From: Eledone cirrhosa
Taxonomy: Eukaryota
Assembly (NCBI GenBank): GCA_964016885.1
Contig: OZ024741.1
Span: 328,228,001-328,292,000 of the forward strand
DNA length: 64,000 bases
Direction: 5' to 3'
Below, piece after piece: positions 27,514 to 46,100 of this stretch (the first letter of the stretch is position 1; each line of letters starts with the position of its first letter). The position numbers and the translations under genes were made by a program. Below the pieces are notes generated by a model. The model had not been told where the DNA came from and did no database searches. It was given only the letters and a program-made list of their open reading frames with translations.

Positions 27514-30069
27514 ATGGGACACTAAAAAACATAGGCACTAAAAATAGACTGGAAATAAAATACAAAACTAGGAGTAAAAAGCTAAATATTATCATAGAGG
27601 AATTGAAGCAACGCATTGTAGCAAAGAGTGCCAAAATCAGGCGATACGAGAACAGAGTCAGTCAGTATAAACAGAACCGCATGTTCGACAACAGCCAGAA
27701 GATGCTGTTTGGACAGCTTGAGGGGAAAGAAAGAGGCAACGACTTGATCCCTGGGGCGGAACAAGCTAAAACATTCTGGAGAGGAATATGGGAGCAGGAT
27801 GTTAGACACAATGCCCAGGCAGGGTGGATTGAGACAGTACAGAGGGAGATCGGTGAGCAGACACAACAACAGACTGATTTGAGTATCACAGTTGAAACTC
27901 TTAAGGGGCAAGCCAAAAAACTAACCAACTGGAAATCACCAGGCCCAGATGGTGTGCAGGGGTATTGGATTAAACATTTAACATCCCTCCACCCGAAGCT
28001 GACGGCCATGTTCAATGACTGCTTGGTGTCGGGTGAGGTGCCAGAGTGGTTGACAAAAGGTACCACAGTTCTGATAATGAAAGACCGAAGCAAGGGTAAT
28101 GATGTTACCAACTATAGACCTATCACATGTCTGCCCGTAATGTGGAAACTATTGACGAGCATTGTGTCTGAGGAAATCTACCATCACCTCCACACAAACA
28201 ACTTGTTACCGGACGAACAGAAAGGATGCCGAAAGAAGTCACGTGGTACAAAGGACCAGTTGCTTATTGATAAGATGGTAATGGGGAATTGCAGGAGGAG
28301 ACACACTGATCTTGCCATGGGATGGATAGACTACAGAAAGGCATTTGACATGGTGCCTCATTCCTGGATCACCAAAAGCCTGGAGATCTTCAGGGTGGCA
28401 GATAACATCAGACAGTTGCTGGGCAGGAGTATGGGGTCCTGGGAGACAGAGTTGACATCAACTGGAGTATCCTTGGGAAGCGTGAAGATCAAGAGAGGTA
28501 TCTTCCAGGGAGATAGCCTGTCCCCTCTGTTGTTTGTCCTTGCCCTGATGCCCTTGACCATTATGCTGCGAAAAGTGAGAGCAGGATACAAGTTGGGAAG
28601 GGGAGAGCTTACCATCAATCACCTCCTCTTCATGGACGATCTTAAGCTCTTCGGGAAAAGTGAGAAGGAGTTGGATGTGCTTGTTGACACTGTCCGTATT
28701 TTCAGCAGTGATATATGTATGCAGTTTGGTATTGGTAAATGTGGAGTCATTGTGATGAAGAGGGGTAGGTTGAGCAGAAGTAACGGGATCCAGATACCAA
28801 CAGGTGAGATGATAAAGGAAATTGACTCTGAGGAAGGATACAAGTATTTGGGCGTTCTGGAGGCTGATGGCATAAAGAACAAAAAAATGAAGGAATTGTT
28901 AAGAACTGAATACATTCGGAGAGTAAGGAGCGTATTGAAGTCACATCTGAACAGCAGAAATGCCATAAGCGCAGTAAATTCCCGAGCTGTGTCTATTATT
29001 AGGTACAGTGCGGGAATTCTGAGATGGAATGTTGCTGAACAAAAAGAAATGGATAGGAAGACTAGGAAGCTATTGACTATCTACAACATGTTCCACAAGA
29101 GGAGTGATGTCGATAGACTCTACCTAAGGAGATCTGAGGGTGGAAGAGGTCTTATCAGCATAGAGGACTGTGTTCAGATGGAGAAAAACAACCTATACAA
29201 ATACGTGACCTATAGTAAGGAGCCAATGCTCAGAGCTGTACTGAAGGAGGGGACAGTAGGCCAGGGGATATCCAAGGAGGAAATAACATCAAGGAGGAAG
29301 AGCAGCCTTAAGGGAAAATCCCTTCATAGTACCTTCTTTGAGAAAACTGAATTTAGAGATCCACAGACATGGAACTGGTTGAGAAGAGGAGACCTCAAAA
29401 AGGCTACAGAAGGAATGCCAATGGCTGCGCAGGAGCAGGCCCTCAAAACGAAGTGGTTGAAGCACCATATCTACAAGGAGGAGGCTAGCCCACTGTGCAG
29501 GATCTGTGGAGAGAGAGAGAGGAGACTGTGGCCCACATTGTGTCCGAGTGTAAACACCTAGCCCAGACCCACTATAAGGGCTGGAGACACGATGTGATGG
29601 GCAGGGTGATCCACTGGCACCTGTGCAAAGTAAACAATCTACCACATTCTGAGAAATGGTATGAGCATAGGCCAGAGGCGGTGATGGAGAACAGTCAGGT
29701 GAAGGTGCTGTGGGATTTTAGGATACAGACGGACAAAAAACTGGAACACAATAGACCTGACCTGGTGGTTGTGGACAAAGAAAAAAGATCGTGCCTGATT
29801 GTGGATGTGGCCTGCCCGTTCGACACGAGAGTGCAAGAGAAGGAGAGGGAGAAAATTAACCGATACCAGGACCTAAAGTGGGAGGTGAAAAGGATTTGGA
29901 ACTGCCATGAAGTCAAAGTGATCCCGATTGTCATAGGCACACTGGGGACTATCTCCTAAGGTTTCCAGGGATGGTTAAAGAAAATCGGCCCCTTCACGCT
30001 TTTTGGAACGCTTCAAAAGGCATGCTTGCTTGGAACGGCAAGAACCCTCCGATACGTCCTGAATATCTG
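27510..30069 (+). pseudogene. RT-CCHC-RLE ORF of copy A; frameshift at the GA run ~29510-29521 and stop at 29957-29959
   Basis: KSPGPDG, NYRPITCL, GIFQGDSLSP, FMDDLKL, CRICGE..HIVSEC, RHD, RPDLVV..DVACP..KINRY. Confidence 0.93.
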
Positions 30070-30178
30070 AGGCTGCAGGTAGTGGCTTGATATTCAATCC
30101 AACGGACTTTCCAGTTAACCAACATCAATGACTGAGATTCAAGGAATAACAATAACAATAATAATAATAATAATAATG
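27511..30178 (+). mobile_element. R4/Dong-like RLE non-LTR retrotransposon, copy A (5'-truncated)
   Basis: Begins right after a long (TAA)n tract (27421-27510), itself adjacent to a minus SINE fragment (27385-27421); ends in a (TAA)n tail; nearly identical to copy B. Confidence 0.92.
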
Positions 30179-30776
30179 AGGTGACAGAGGTCATGAAATC
30201 GCTCCCGTAAGTTTTGAATTTTTAACATATTTAAATCATTTGTGAAATAACAACTCTTAGTACAAATGCTACGTAAAGCACCCGGCTTGAGCCCCCAAAA
30301 ATTCGGACCCAAAATATATTGTTATAAGGCTCAAATATTCAAATATTCAACTTTGTATTGTACACTGTATATCCAAAAAAAAAAATGGCTATAAATGGAA
30401 GAAGAAGAACCCCCCCCCCCCATCCTCTCCTCTGGCTACACTATATAGGACAGCTAAACTCACCAACACCAGAAACTAGATACACCACCCACCCCATCAT
30501 CTGTGTACACTAAACACAACAGCATTTTCACCTTCACCGCCACCGCTCACTACGGCCATCATTACCACCACTATCCCATCACCGCCGCCACCACCCCTTG
30601 ACTCCTTCACTGCTGCTGCCACCGCTACAGCACCATCACTACAGTAATACGGTCGCATCACCGCCACCACTGCCTCGGTATCGACATCACCACCACCACT
30701 GTCTCAGTATCGCCAACGCCGCCAGTCTCCCACTTCTCCCTGCTGGCTGCCACTTCCACATTATAGAATTCCTACT

Positions 30777-34831
<4,055 letters not shown>

Positions 34832-34861
34832 AAGAAGAAGAAGAAGAAGAAGAAGAAGAAG

Positions 34862-34897
<36 letters not shown>

Positions 34898-35425
34898 AAA
34901 GAAAAGGAAAGAAAGAAAGGGGAGGTGGCGGTATCACTAGACAAGGGAGAGGCTAGCAAAAGATATAAATAGATTGACATAGTGACCCGGCCACCGGCCA
35001 AACGTCAACAAGTATGGCACTGCTGGCTCCCCCCTTCCTCACCAGCAATATAAAAAGCCCCAGCACCACCACCGACATAGCCAACAACAATAACAGGCAA
35101 CTTCAGCAAAAAGTATATTATATTATTCTAATGCACTGGGTAATTTCTGGCCTTGTGCCTAGAGTGGAGACAATTATTAATAATTTCATTCTTAAGCCAC
35201 GCATTAGCTCACATTAAGGAACCACTCATGATAATAACAATTTAAAAAAAACAACAAAAAAGAAAACCCCGTGACATCAAATACCGGGATGGCGGCCGTC
35301 GGGGAATAGCCGTGTCTCTAGGGGAGAACGACCCCTCTAGTCTTGGTTGACACTCGTTCTAGAAGTGGTAACACGAAATGATTACCCCTTGGCGGATAAG
35401 GATAAAACGCGACAAAATAAAGTAA

Positions 35426-38400
35426 ATGTCTAATGATAAAATCTCATACCGGATCGGCCGTCACCCGGGTAAAAAAGGACCGCGTCCCTCAGAGAGGAAC
35501 CAGACTGGGGTCGAAAAATCAGCTAATGGTTCAAACCTTCCCATCGCTTCGGAGCTGGAGACCTCCCATATCCGGAATACTCCTACTGTTGGCACTCCAT
35601 GCTCACCACCAAGAAATCCAAAGAAAAAGAGAGAAAAATGGTCAAGAGAAGATAATAAAGAAGTCCTTGAGGCTTAATACACTGCCATGTACTACCCATC
35701 AAATACATCGAATACAGAACAGACATATATCAACTGGAAAAAGAAACATCCCGAAAACAGAGGCTATATTGACAGTAACAAACTAGCAAATATACGAAGA
35801 AATATTGTAAAAAGAAAGTTAGTAACTGATATAGAAATTGATCAGATCAAGCTATTAGCACAAAGTCAGCGAAGGGAAAATGAAACATGTGTCAGTGAAA
35901 ACGAGGTAAATTGTAACACTTCGAATCCCAGGGTTAGGGCGGAATCACTGGTAACAGAACAAATTAAAGAAAGGATCGAACAAGTGGAGGGAGTGCATGC
36001 TCAAGATGAAACTCAAAATGAAAATAATGAGATCGTAAATTATAAAGAAATGAATGAGAATGAACTTGCCAACTTGGAGGATGAAATTATGATCGAATGG
36101 ATGAAAATGAAAGAATCTGACATGGGGCAACGAGACACCCTCCCTAAGATCCAGAACTCCAAACAGAACCAAAAGATAATACACAAGACTAACATAATTC
36201 TCAAAAACATTATCATCACAAACAAACTAAACATTACTGATTTAAATCATCTCTATTATGCATCGGCTAAAGTCACCACTCACTTACGTGGAGTGAAGAT
36301 GAAAAAACAAAGGAATTCCGACAAGAAATCTACTTGGCAAGAGAACATCAATCGCCAAATAAACCTTCTCCGACCTGACATAGAAATTTTAAAGAACTAT
36401 AATGTAGGTGAACATGTTAAACAAACTAAACTTAGAAAATTGAAAAGAAAGTACAGTATAAAATCAACAAGTGACATAGACATGCTGATAGAAATAATCA
36501 AGCAAAAAGTGTCGGCCAAAGCTGCTCGTATAAGGCGCTTTGAAAAACGATCTAGATTCTATAAGGACAATAATATGTTCAAAAACAACCAAAGAAACTT
36601 CTACAGAAAAATTGGTAAGTCAACAATAACTGCTAAATCAATACCACCCAAGGAGGAAGTGCAAGAATTCTGGAAAAAGATCTGGGCCGAAGAAAAAGTT
36701 CATAACATACATGCCCCATGGATAGTCAGACAAATGAAATATACAGCTCACCTTCAGGAACAAACATGGGAAAATATAACAGTTGAACAGTTGCGCTTGG
36801 CTCTAAGAAAAACCAGCAGACGGAAGTCCCCAGGAAAAGACAAAATACAAAACTTTTGGATAAATGCCTTCACAGAGTCTCATGAGCTGTTAGCCCAAAT
36901 TTTCAATGAAATAGTTAAGGAGCCAGAAAAGATACCATCATGGCTAGTTAACGGCATTACATTCCTGCTTCCGAAGAATGATGAGACAAACAATCCCAAA
37001 AATTACAGACCGATAACTTGCTTGACCACAATGTATAAAATTTTAACATCAGTCCTAACTGAATACACATATGACCACCTGATAACAAATGACCTATTTC
37101 CCATTGAGCAGAAAAGGTGTAAACGAGGCTCATATGGCTGTAAGGATCAGCTTTTGGTTAACAAAATGTTACTGGAAGATTGTCATAATAGACACAAAAA
37201 TATGTCAATTGCTTGGATAGATTATAAAAAAGCATTCGATAGTTTGCCACACAGTTGGATTGAAAAATGTTTAGAGATTTTCAAAATATCCCCCGTTGTC
37301 AGGAGGTTTTTGTCATTCAGTATGAAGACATGGAAAACGACACTCCTTTTGAATAGTGAAACAAAATCAATGGAAGCTGGAGAAGTTAATATTAATTGTG
37401 GAATGTTTCAGGTTGACTCTTTATCACCGCTTTTATTCTGCATCGCACTTATACCATTAAGTAAAATGCTCAATGAAACAAAACATGGATATAGAGTCTA
37501 TGACAAAACCATTAATCACTTGTTCTACATGGATGACCTGAAACTATTTGCAAAAATTGATGAACAATTGCAAGGGCTATTATCCACTGTGGAGCAGTTC
37601 AGTGATGACATTAAAATGGAGTTTGGACTAGATAAATGCGCCAAAGCAACGTTCACCAGAGGAAAGCTGCTGAAGAGTTCAGACATTAATCTTGATCGGG
37701 GGAACGTGATAAGAGAACTTGATCAAGAAAAAACTTACAAATATCTAGGTGTTTGTGAAGGAGACGGAATCAAGCACTCGACAATGAGGGAAAGGATAAG
37801 GAAGGAATGTTACCGCAGAGTAAGAGCAATCTTAAGAACGGAATTGAATGCAGGGAATAGGATCGATGCCATAAACACGCTTGCCATACCAGTAGTAACC
37901 TACAGTTACAATGTCATCAACTGGTCAAGCACAGAGATCCGTGGGCTCGATACAAAAATTCGAAATTTCTTAACCATGCACAGAATGCATCACCCTAAGG
38001 TAGATACAGATAGAATATATCTCCCTGGGAAAGAAGGAGGACGTGGGTTAATTCAGTTAGACATTGCGTTGAAAACTGCAACAATTGGATTATCTACATA
38101 TCTCAGGGAATCACATGATTGGATGATCAAACTCGTTTTGAAACACGAAAGCATCAAAAGATCATATTCCATTACAAAAGATGCACAAAGGTACAGTAAT
38201 AGACTACAAATTTCAGAAGTCCCATTTACTGCTGAAATGGAAAACACAGAAAAAGCAAAGCAGGTAAAAGTAACTGCAAAGAAAGAACTGCTACAGAAAC
38301 TGGCTAAGAAATGGCAAGACAAGCCTCTGTATGGAAAATACCCAGAACGAGCTAACAATCCTGATGTTGACAAAACTTTAACCCATCAGTGGTTGGCATC

Positions 38401-38985
38401 CTCTGGGCTGAAATCGGAGACTGAAGGACTGATTATATCAGCACAAGATCAGTGTCTGCCAACAAAAAATTACCAAGCCAACATAATAAAAAATGGGTGC
38501 AGCCCATTATGCCGTGTATGCAAAAAATAACCAGAGACAATTGACCATATAATTTCAATGTGCAGTCCTATAGCTTCAACCGAATACCTAAACAGGCATG
38601 ACAGAGCTGCACAATACATACATTGGATAATGTGTAAGCATTTTGACCTGCCCCATCAAAAGAATTGGTGGAAGCATCAACCACCTCCCATACTTGAAAA
38701 AGATCACATCTCAATCTTGTGGAACTTTAGCATCAAAACAGACCGAAAAATAGATGCAAATAGACCTGATATAATATTGAAGGACTTTAAAAAGAGGGTA
38801 TGCCTGCTAATTGATATGTCCGTTCCAATAGACAAGAATGTATCTATAAAAACATTTGAAAAATTGAGCAAGTATAAGGACCTGGAGATAGAAATTGGAA
38901 AAATGTGGAAATTGAGAACTAAAACAATACCAGTGGTTGTAGGCGCTCTGGGAATGATACCTAAGGGGTCTAATGATTACTTGTC
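35426..38985 (+). pseudogene. RT-CCHC-RLE ORF of copy C (same frame across stops at 35675 and 38528); C-terminus at 42933-43023
   Basis: NYRPITCL, FYMDDLKL, CRVC..HIISMC, RHD, RPDIIL..DMSVP..KLSKY; ORFs 35426/35687/38558 are co-frame. Confidence 0.92.
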
Positions 38986-41900
38986 CCCACTAAAAGAGGA
39001 AGGCATAAAAATATATAAATAAACTGAATTGATGATCCGGTCAAAATCAAAAAACCAAAAATCAAAATCAAAGCAGCACAGCAACAACGAAAAACGTAAA
39101 GAAAAGAAAAATGAAGAGAAACACAAACGGATGGACAGAGAAGGTAAGGGAAAAACTAAGTCAGACATTCAAACATTACATTACTATGAAACTTATGCTT
39201 ATTCATTTTTTGCCTGTTTGTTTGTTTGTTTATTTATGTTCGTCTACAGCGTGATAATGCCACACAAAAATCACCGGGAGTGACGAAATCACCGGAGCTG
39301 ATGAAATCACCGGTGGTTATGTAACCATACATTTGCCAATCCTCGATAAGAGTGTTTAAATGTCGAACCTAAACAGTTCGAATAACGGTGAAATGGAGAC
39401 TAGCGTGTCATGTGACAGACTTTCACCCAACAGGTGCTCCCTGGCTCAGCAGCAGGGACCTGGCTGTCAACCAAATACTGTTGGTGTCGGAGGAAGCAGA
39501 AGGAAAGGGACCAGAATCAACTGGACGAACGAATTGAATAGAACTGTTATGCAATGTTACCTGAAGAGTAACCCCAAGAAGAAAGGCTATAGGAAACGGA
39601 TGCATAACATCTGGAACGAGATTGGTCTATTTAAATTAGATGAACAAAAATTGGCCGGGCAGGCTCGGATAATAAGAACTAATGGGTGGATAAGCGAGCT
39701 GGAACTAGAGGAACTGAGCAGAGAAATTAGCTTGGAGATGGAGAGTGGAGTATGCCAGGCAAACGAGCCAGTGGGAAATGAAGGTGAAAAGTTCGAGAGA
39801 ACGAAGGAACCACCCGAAGCAGACAATGATCTGAATGCTGAGATAAATAATACCTGGAACAGAGATACAGCCACTGAGGAGATGAATGCTGACGGGCTAG
39901 GACAAGATTTGGTTGATATCCTAAACTTAGTGGTAGATGAATTGAACAATGATAGTGGGAGACCTATGAACCTAAGATTTGTAGACAGGAAAAAGTTAAA
40001 AGAAACAACAGCTAGGGTAAACAAAGTCATCCCATACCTTGAGGAGAGGAGCCTTCACCAGTGCAACAATATCCTCAAAGCAACAGCAAATACTGTGAGG
40101 AAACTACTTGGCATAAAAGCGAGAGAAAACAACAGACAAGAAAGACCAGAGCCTTGGTGGAAGAAACGACTGAGTGGTCAAATCAGGGAAATGAGAAATG
40201 ACATAGGAAAGCTCGAGGCCCTACTGAATGGGACACTAAAAAATATATACACTAAAAATAGACTGGAAATAAAGTAAAAAACTAGGAGGAAAAAGCTAAA
40301 TATTATCATAGAGGAACTGAAGCAACGCATTGTAGCAAAGAGTGCAAAAATCAGGCGATACGTGTCAGACAGTATAGACGGAACAGCATGTTCGACAACA
40401 ACCAGAAGATGCTGTTTGGACAGCTTGAAGGGAAAGAAAGAGGCAACGACTTGATCCCTGAGGCGGAAGAAACTAAAACATTCTGGAGAGGAATATTGGA
40501 GCAGGATGTTAAACATAATGACCAGGCAGTGTGGATTGAGACAGTACAGAAGGAGATTAGTGAACAGGCACACCAACAAACTGATTTGAGTATCACAGTT
40601 GAAACTCTTAAGGAGCAGGCCAAAAAACTAACCAACTAGAAATCACCAGGCCCAGATGGTGTGCAGGGGTATTGGATTAAAAATATAACTTACCTCCACC
40701 CGAAACTGACAACCATGTTCAATGACTGCTTGATGTCAGGTGAGGTACCAGAGTGGTTGACAAAAGGTACCACAATTCTGATAATGAAAGAACGAATCAA
40801 GGGTAATGAAGTTACCAACTATAGACCTATTACATGTCTGTCCGTAATGTGGAAACTGTTGACAAGCATTATGTCTGAGGAAATCTACCATCACCTCCAC
40901 ACAAACAACTTGTTACCGGACGAACAGAAAGGATGCAGAAAGAAGTCCCGTGGTACAAACAACCAGTTACTTATTGATAATATGTTAATGAGGAATTGCA
41001 AGAGGAGACACACTGGTCTTGCCATGGGATGGATAGACTACAAAAAGGCATTTGACATGGTGCCTCCTTCTTGGATCACCAAAAGCCTAGAGATCTTCAA
41101 GGTGGCAGATAACATTAGACAGTTGTTGGGCAAAAGTATGAAGTCCTGGGAAACAGAGTTAATATCAGCTGGAGAATCATTGGGAAGCGTGAAGATCAAG
41201 AGAGGTATCTTCCAGGGAGATAGTATGTCCCCTCTGTTGTCTGTCCTTGCCCTGATGCCCCTGACCAGTATACTGCGAAAAGTGAGAGCAGGATACAGGT
41301 TGGGAAAGGGAGGGCTTACCATCAATCACCTCTTCTTCATGGACGATCTTAAGCTTTTCGGGAAGAGTGAGAAGAAGTTGGATGTGCTTGTTGACACTGT
41401 CCGTATTTTCAGCAATGATATATGTATGCAATTTGGTATTAGTAAGTGTGGAGTCCTTGCGATGAAGAGTGGTAAGTTGAGCAGAAGTAACGGAATCCAG
41501 GTACCACTGATGATAAAGGTGAGATGATAAAGGAAATTGACACTGAAGAAGGATACAAGTATTTGGATGTTCTGGAGGCTGATGAACAAAAAATGAAAGA
41601 ATTGATAAGAACTGAATACATTCGGAGAGTAAGGAGCATATTAAAGTCACATCTGAACAGTAGGAATGCCATAAGTGCAGTAAATTCCCGAGCTGTGTCT
41701 ATTATTAGGTACAGTGCGGGAATTCTGAGATGGAATGTTACTGAACAAAAAGAAATGGATAGGGAGACTAGGAAGCGATTGACTATCTACAACATGTTCC
41801 ACAAGAAGAGTGATGTCGATAGACTCTACTTAAGGAGATCTGAAGGTGGAAGAGGTCTTATCAGCATAGAGGACTGTGTTCAGATGGAGAAAAACAACCT

Positions 41901-42851
41901 ACACAAATACGTGACCGATAGTAAGGAGCCAATGCTCAGAAATGTACTGAAGGAGAGGACAATAGATAAGGGATGTCCAAGGAGCAAATAACATCAAGGA
42001 GGAAGAGCAGCCTTCAGGAAAAATCCCTTCATAGTATCTTCTTTGAGAAAACTGAATTCAGAGATCCACAGACATGGAACTGGTTGAAAAGAGGAGACCT
42101 TAAAAAGGCTACAGAAGGAATGTTAATGGCTGCGCAAGAGCAGGCCCTCAAAACGAAGTGGTTGAAACACTATATATACAAGGAGGAGGCTAGCCCACTG
42201 TGCAGGATCTGTGGAGAGAGGAGACTGTGGCTCACATTGTATCCGAGTGTAAACACCTAGCCCAGACTCACTATAAGGGCTGGAGACATGATGTGATGGG
42301 CAGGGTGATCCACTGACACCTATGCAAAGTAAACAATTTACCACATTCTGAGAAGTCGTATGAGCATAAGCCTATTCGGTGATAGAAAACGATCAGGTGA
42401 AGGTGCTGTGGGATTTGAGGATACAGACGGACAAGAAACTGGAACACAATAGACCTGACCTGGTGGTTGTGGACAAAGATAAAAGATCGTGCCTGATTGT
42501 GGATGTGGCCTGCCCATTCGACACGAGAGTGCAAGAGAAGGAGAGGGAGAAAATTAACCGATACCAGGACTTAAAGTGGGAGGTAAACAGGATTTGGAAC
42601 TGCCATGAAGTCAAAGTGGTCCCGATTGTCATAGGCGCACTAGGTACTATCTCAAAAAGTTTCCAGGGATGGTTAAAGAAAATTGGCCTCTTCACGCTTT
42701 TTGGAACGCTTCAAAAGGCATGCTTGCTGGGAACAGCAAGAACCCTCCGATACGTCCTGAATATCTGAGGCTGCAGGTAGTGACTTGATATTCATTTCAA
42801 CAAACTTTCCAGTTAAATAACATCAATGACTGAGACTCAAAGAGTAATAAC

Positions 42852-42886
<35 letters not shown>
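38986..42886 (+). mobile_element. R4/Dong-like copy D (diverged relative of A/B) nested in the endonuclease region of C
   Basis: 46-bp duplication TAGGCGCTCTGGGAATGATACCTAAGGG(G/T)TCTAATGATTACTT(G/A)TC at 38940-38985 and 42887-42932; (TAA)n tail. Confidence 0.93.
39360..42768 (+). pseudogene. Multiply disrupted RT-CCHC-RLE ORF of copy D
   Basis: ORF pieces 39360, 40388, 40661, 41524, 41973, 42379 are collinear with B. Confidence 0.92.
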
Positions 42887-42888
<2 letters not shown>

Positions 42889-43166
42889 GGCGCTCTGGGA
42901 ATGATACCTAAGGGTTCTAATGATTACTTATCGCAAATCCCAGGAAAACCGCGTATAGGAGAAATACAAAAGATAGTACTAATGGGAACTGCCCATATAC
43001 TAAGGAAGATTCTGTCAATATAAGTACATCACAAGTCTAAACACTAAAGATGCATGTGTGAGTATGTATGTTCTTTCTTGAACATGGCGGCCCTTGTTGT
43101 CTCTTGAGGTCACTGGTTGTGACTTGGTGATAACTCGTATGAACATAAAGCAAGATAAATGCAACT

Positions 43167-43250
<84 letters not shown>

Positions 43251-43691
43251 TTAATAGTCCATATTCTTTTCCCCTCTTAGTCAGTATTTTTTTCTAAATG
43301 TGTATGTTGATTGAAATGTTTTCCCAGATTTATGGATGTAATTTGCAAATAACTCGCTTTTTGTGTTAATTAAATTACCATAATTGGTATTTATTAATAG
43401 AGTTTCTAAATCACAAAGATTGCGATTTGGTGAGAGGGAAGCGTTCCGATAAGACTCAGAGTTTCTAAGTTTACTCCAAGAAACTGAGTAATTAATATTT
43501 TTCTCTTTTAAAGACCATATTAATTGTGATAATGAAGTAGAATGTTCTTTTTATCTGGATTTGAGATAGAATGTTTATGATTGGAAAAGCGCTGATGAGG
43601 GCGTACTGAAAAAATAGCACAGCACCTCCGAAATATATGTAATAAAATATATATTTTGATTATGTGAACGTATTCATTTATTAATATTCTG

Positions 43692-43729
<38 letters not shown>

Positions 43730-45765
43730 CATTTCAGGTTATCAATAATGTAGTGATAATATATCGTTACGTTAGAGATGAACAGCGTACGTGCAGGTTT
43801 GCTCAACGAGTATAAATTATATTCCGGAGAAATGTAGAAAGGATGAATATAAAATGAAAGTGCTTTTGTTAAAAAAGGAATTTATTAGGTATTGACATAT
43901 GTTTCTGTAACAGACCGAATACCTATGTATCGCTGCTTGCGTAATCATATAATGTTAGCAAGTATTCGATAGCAAATGTATAATCAGTTGTCACTTCTTC
44001 AGAGATTTTGGATAAACTGGATAAAATCAGAAAAATTGAAGTATTTATATTAGTAAAAGAGGAAGGAACAGAGGGGATAGAATATGACAGATGGTAAAAT
44101 AATTTACTGCTAAACAAGTATATAATGGGTTTTTAATGAGAATAAAATGAGTAAATCTAAATAAGAATTTTGGGAGTGCCGATTTTAATCTCTACTTGAC
44201 CAACTGGACAGTGGACAGGGCTGGTCATTTGGTGCAGTAGTATTAATCATAAAGTGTCAATTGGGGAAGGGGGAGATTTCGATTGCTACTAAATAACATC
44301 AATGCTAGTAGTCAGCTGGTATTTGCACTAGGGAATTGAATCAAAAAATCAGAAATCTCATTTTATCTATAGCAGTTTGTATTAAAAGGTAAATAATAGA
44401 AGAGTTGATAGAATTAAGACTAATAAAGAATGTTCATATCTATTTTGACAATCAAACGGGGATAGAGACAGGCGTTCAATCCTGGTAGTATTTATAATAT
44501 GAAAATGTAGATTTTAAGCGATGGTTACAGTATAACGATCGCTCTATTCTGTTATTTAATAAAATGTTTTGGGATTTCATAATACAAAATAATTCTACAT
44601 TACATAATCTACAAAATTCCTGTCCATTGGAATATGGGGGGGCAGACGCTATTATATCCCATTTTAGGTGAAATTGTTGGTTATTTTCACGCAGCTGCCA
44701 AGCCTTGTCTGCGAGTGTTGTTACATAACGCTGGTTTTCATGTTTTATCGAATAACGATGTCTATAAAGGCGTGATTTAAAGGAGGTGGCTGTAGATCCC
44801 ACATAGTACCACTTTTGTCTATCCGATTCGATAGTACATTTGTATACGATGTTGCGTTCAAGACACTGATTGTTCAACGGACACATTCCTGGTTGGACAC
44901 AGTTGCAATTACAATTTTACGTTGTTGTATTGCCATGGATGGGTTGATGAGGTTGCTTATGTAGGACAGGATGTTGTTTGTTGTTTTGTGATGTTATAGC
45001 TAATGTTTTACGTGTATTGTTATGTGTTGGAAGGCGTTTATACAACCGTTTTGCGTTAAGCATTTTTATATGTTGTTCAATATTAGGGGCGGTTGAATAT
45101 GAAAGTCGGATGGTGTTAGGGTTTAAGATTTTATTATATTTATGTGATGTTGGAAAGTGTTTTCTAACTAATCGAAAGAATTTTGAGGGTAGATTGGTTT
45201 TAATAGATTTGTTATAGACCGGGTTGTACCAGATATACTCCTTACATCGCCTTCTGTTTGGTGGTGTGCGACTATTATTGTGTCTATTGCGGTAGTGTAT
45301 GTATGGTGGTGATTCTGTGCTATTTCTACTCCTATGTGATATATTTTGGGTGTTTTGGTGATCATTGACTATATACTCTATATTATCTAGGTGACCGGCT
45401 TTCCTAAGTGCATCATCATAATACTCGGCATGTTCTTTGAAGGTTTGTTGGTTGGACGATAGGCGGGAGATTCTAAGAGAAACATTTCTAGGGATGGATT
45501 TAATTATAGAGAGTGGATGGTTAGAACTCGTATTTACATATTTAAGGTTCTCATTTAGTTTATGGAACGGTTTAATCGTATCTGTATTGAGATTGAAAGT
45601 AACATCAAGGAAATTGACCTCTTTGAGGTTATATTCAAATGTAATATTTAATCCTAGTTCTTTAAAAAGTTTTCTGATAATATAGAGTATATAGTCAATG
45701 ATCACCAAAACACCCAAAATAAATCACATAGGAGTAGAAATAGCACAGAATCACCACCATACATA
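43730..45765 (-). mobile_element. 5'-truncated Penelope-like element (RT C-terminus plus C-terminal GIY-YIG endonuclease)
   Basis: 44917-45680: VNFLDVTF, YVNTSSNHP, IWYNPVYN; 44476-44886: CPLNNQC..IVYKC..YYVGST..FKSR..H..CRLCNVE..LLN. Confidence 0.88.
43890..44006 (-). ncRNA. Hammerhead motif in the 3' pLTR of the PLE (stem I decayed)
   Basis: CTGAAGA-aGTGACA...TGTTACa-GAAA-CATATG-TC followed by AATAAA. Confidence 0.6.
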
Positions 45766-45771
45766 CAGAAC

Positions 45772-46100
45772 ATGTTTAAAAGGAAATATTTTACTTTGTG
45801 TGAAGTTTTAAGGTATTAGTTATTTTATTCATTAATTAACAATAAGCATTGAATTATTTATAATATTATTCTTTCTTTTCCATTTCCTTAACATCTTCAA
45901 GATCACCTTATTTTCTCCCGAACATGTTATACCAATACAAATTCTCCCGTTTGATAATGCATAAAATGCTGAAACTGGTAAGAGACAAGTATTATATATA
46001 TCAATAGATAAATAAATAAATAAATGCTATTGTTAATTAATTAATAAATTAACTAATACCTTAACACTTCACACAAAGTAAAATATTTTGTTTTAAACAT
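45772..46100. repeat. MITE/foldback-like inverted repeat (~80-bp arms), followed by a (GAAAAAA)n tract 46111-46308
   Basis: AAATATTTTACTTTGTGTGAAGT / ACTTCACACAAAGTAAAATATTT. Confidence 0.75.

Larger units (their letters stand above)
35270..43250 (+). mobile_element. Second R4/Dong-like family, copy C, interrupted by copy D
   Basis: GC-rich 5' UTR; ORF resumes after D (QIPGKPRIGEIQKIVLMGTAHILRKILSI*); own 3' UTR and (TAA)n tail 43168-43250; 5' boundary approximate. Confidence 0.9.

Noticed and set aside
27582-28966. Antisense ORFs over the RLE and RTE elements
   Set aside because: Shadows of the sense RT ORFs
39268-39320. GAAA...CTGATGA in the copy D 5' UTR as a type-II hammerhead
   Set aside because: Only 9 nt between the motifs, too short for stems III and I; arises from an 18-bp triplication absent in B
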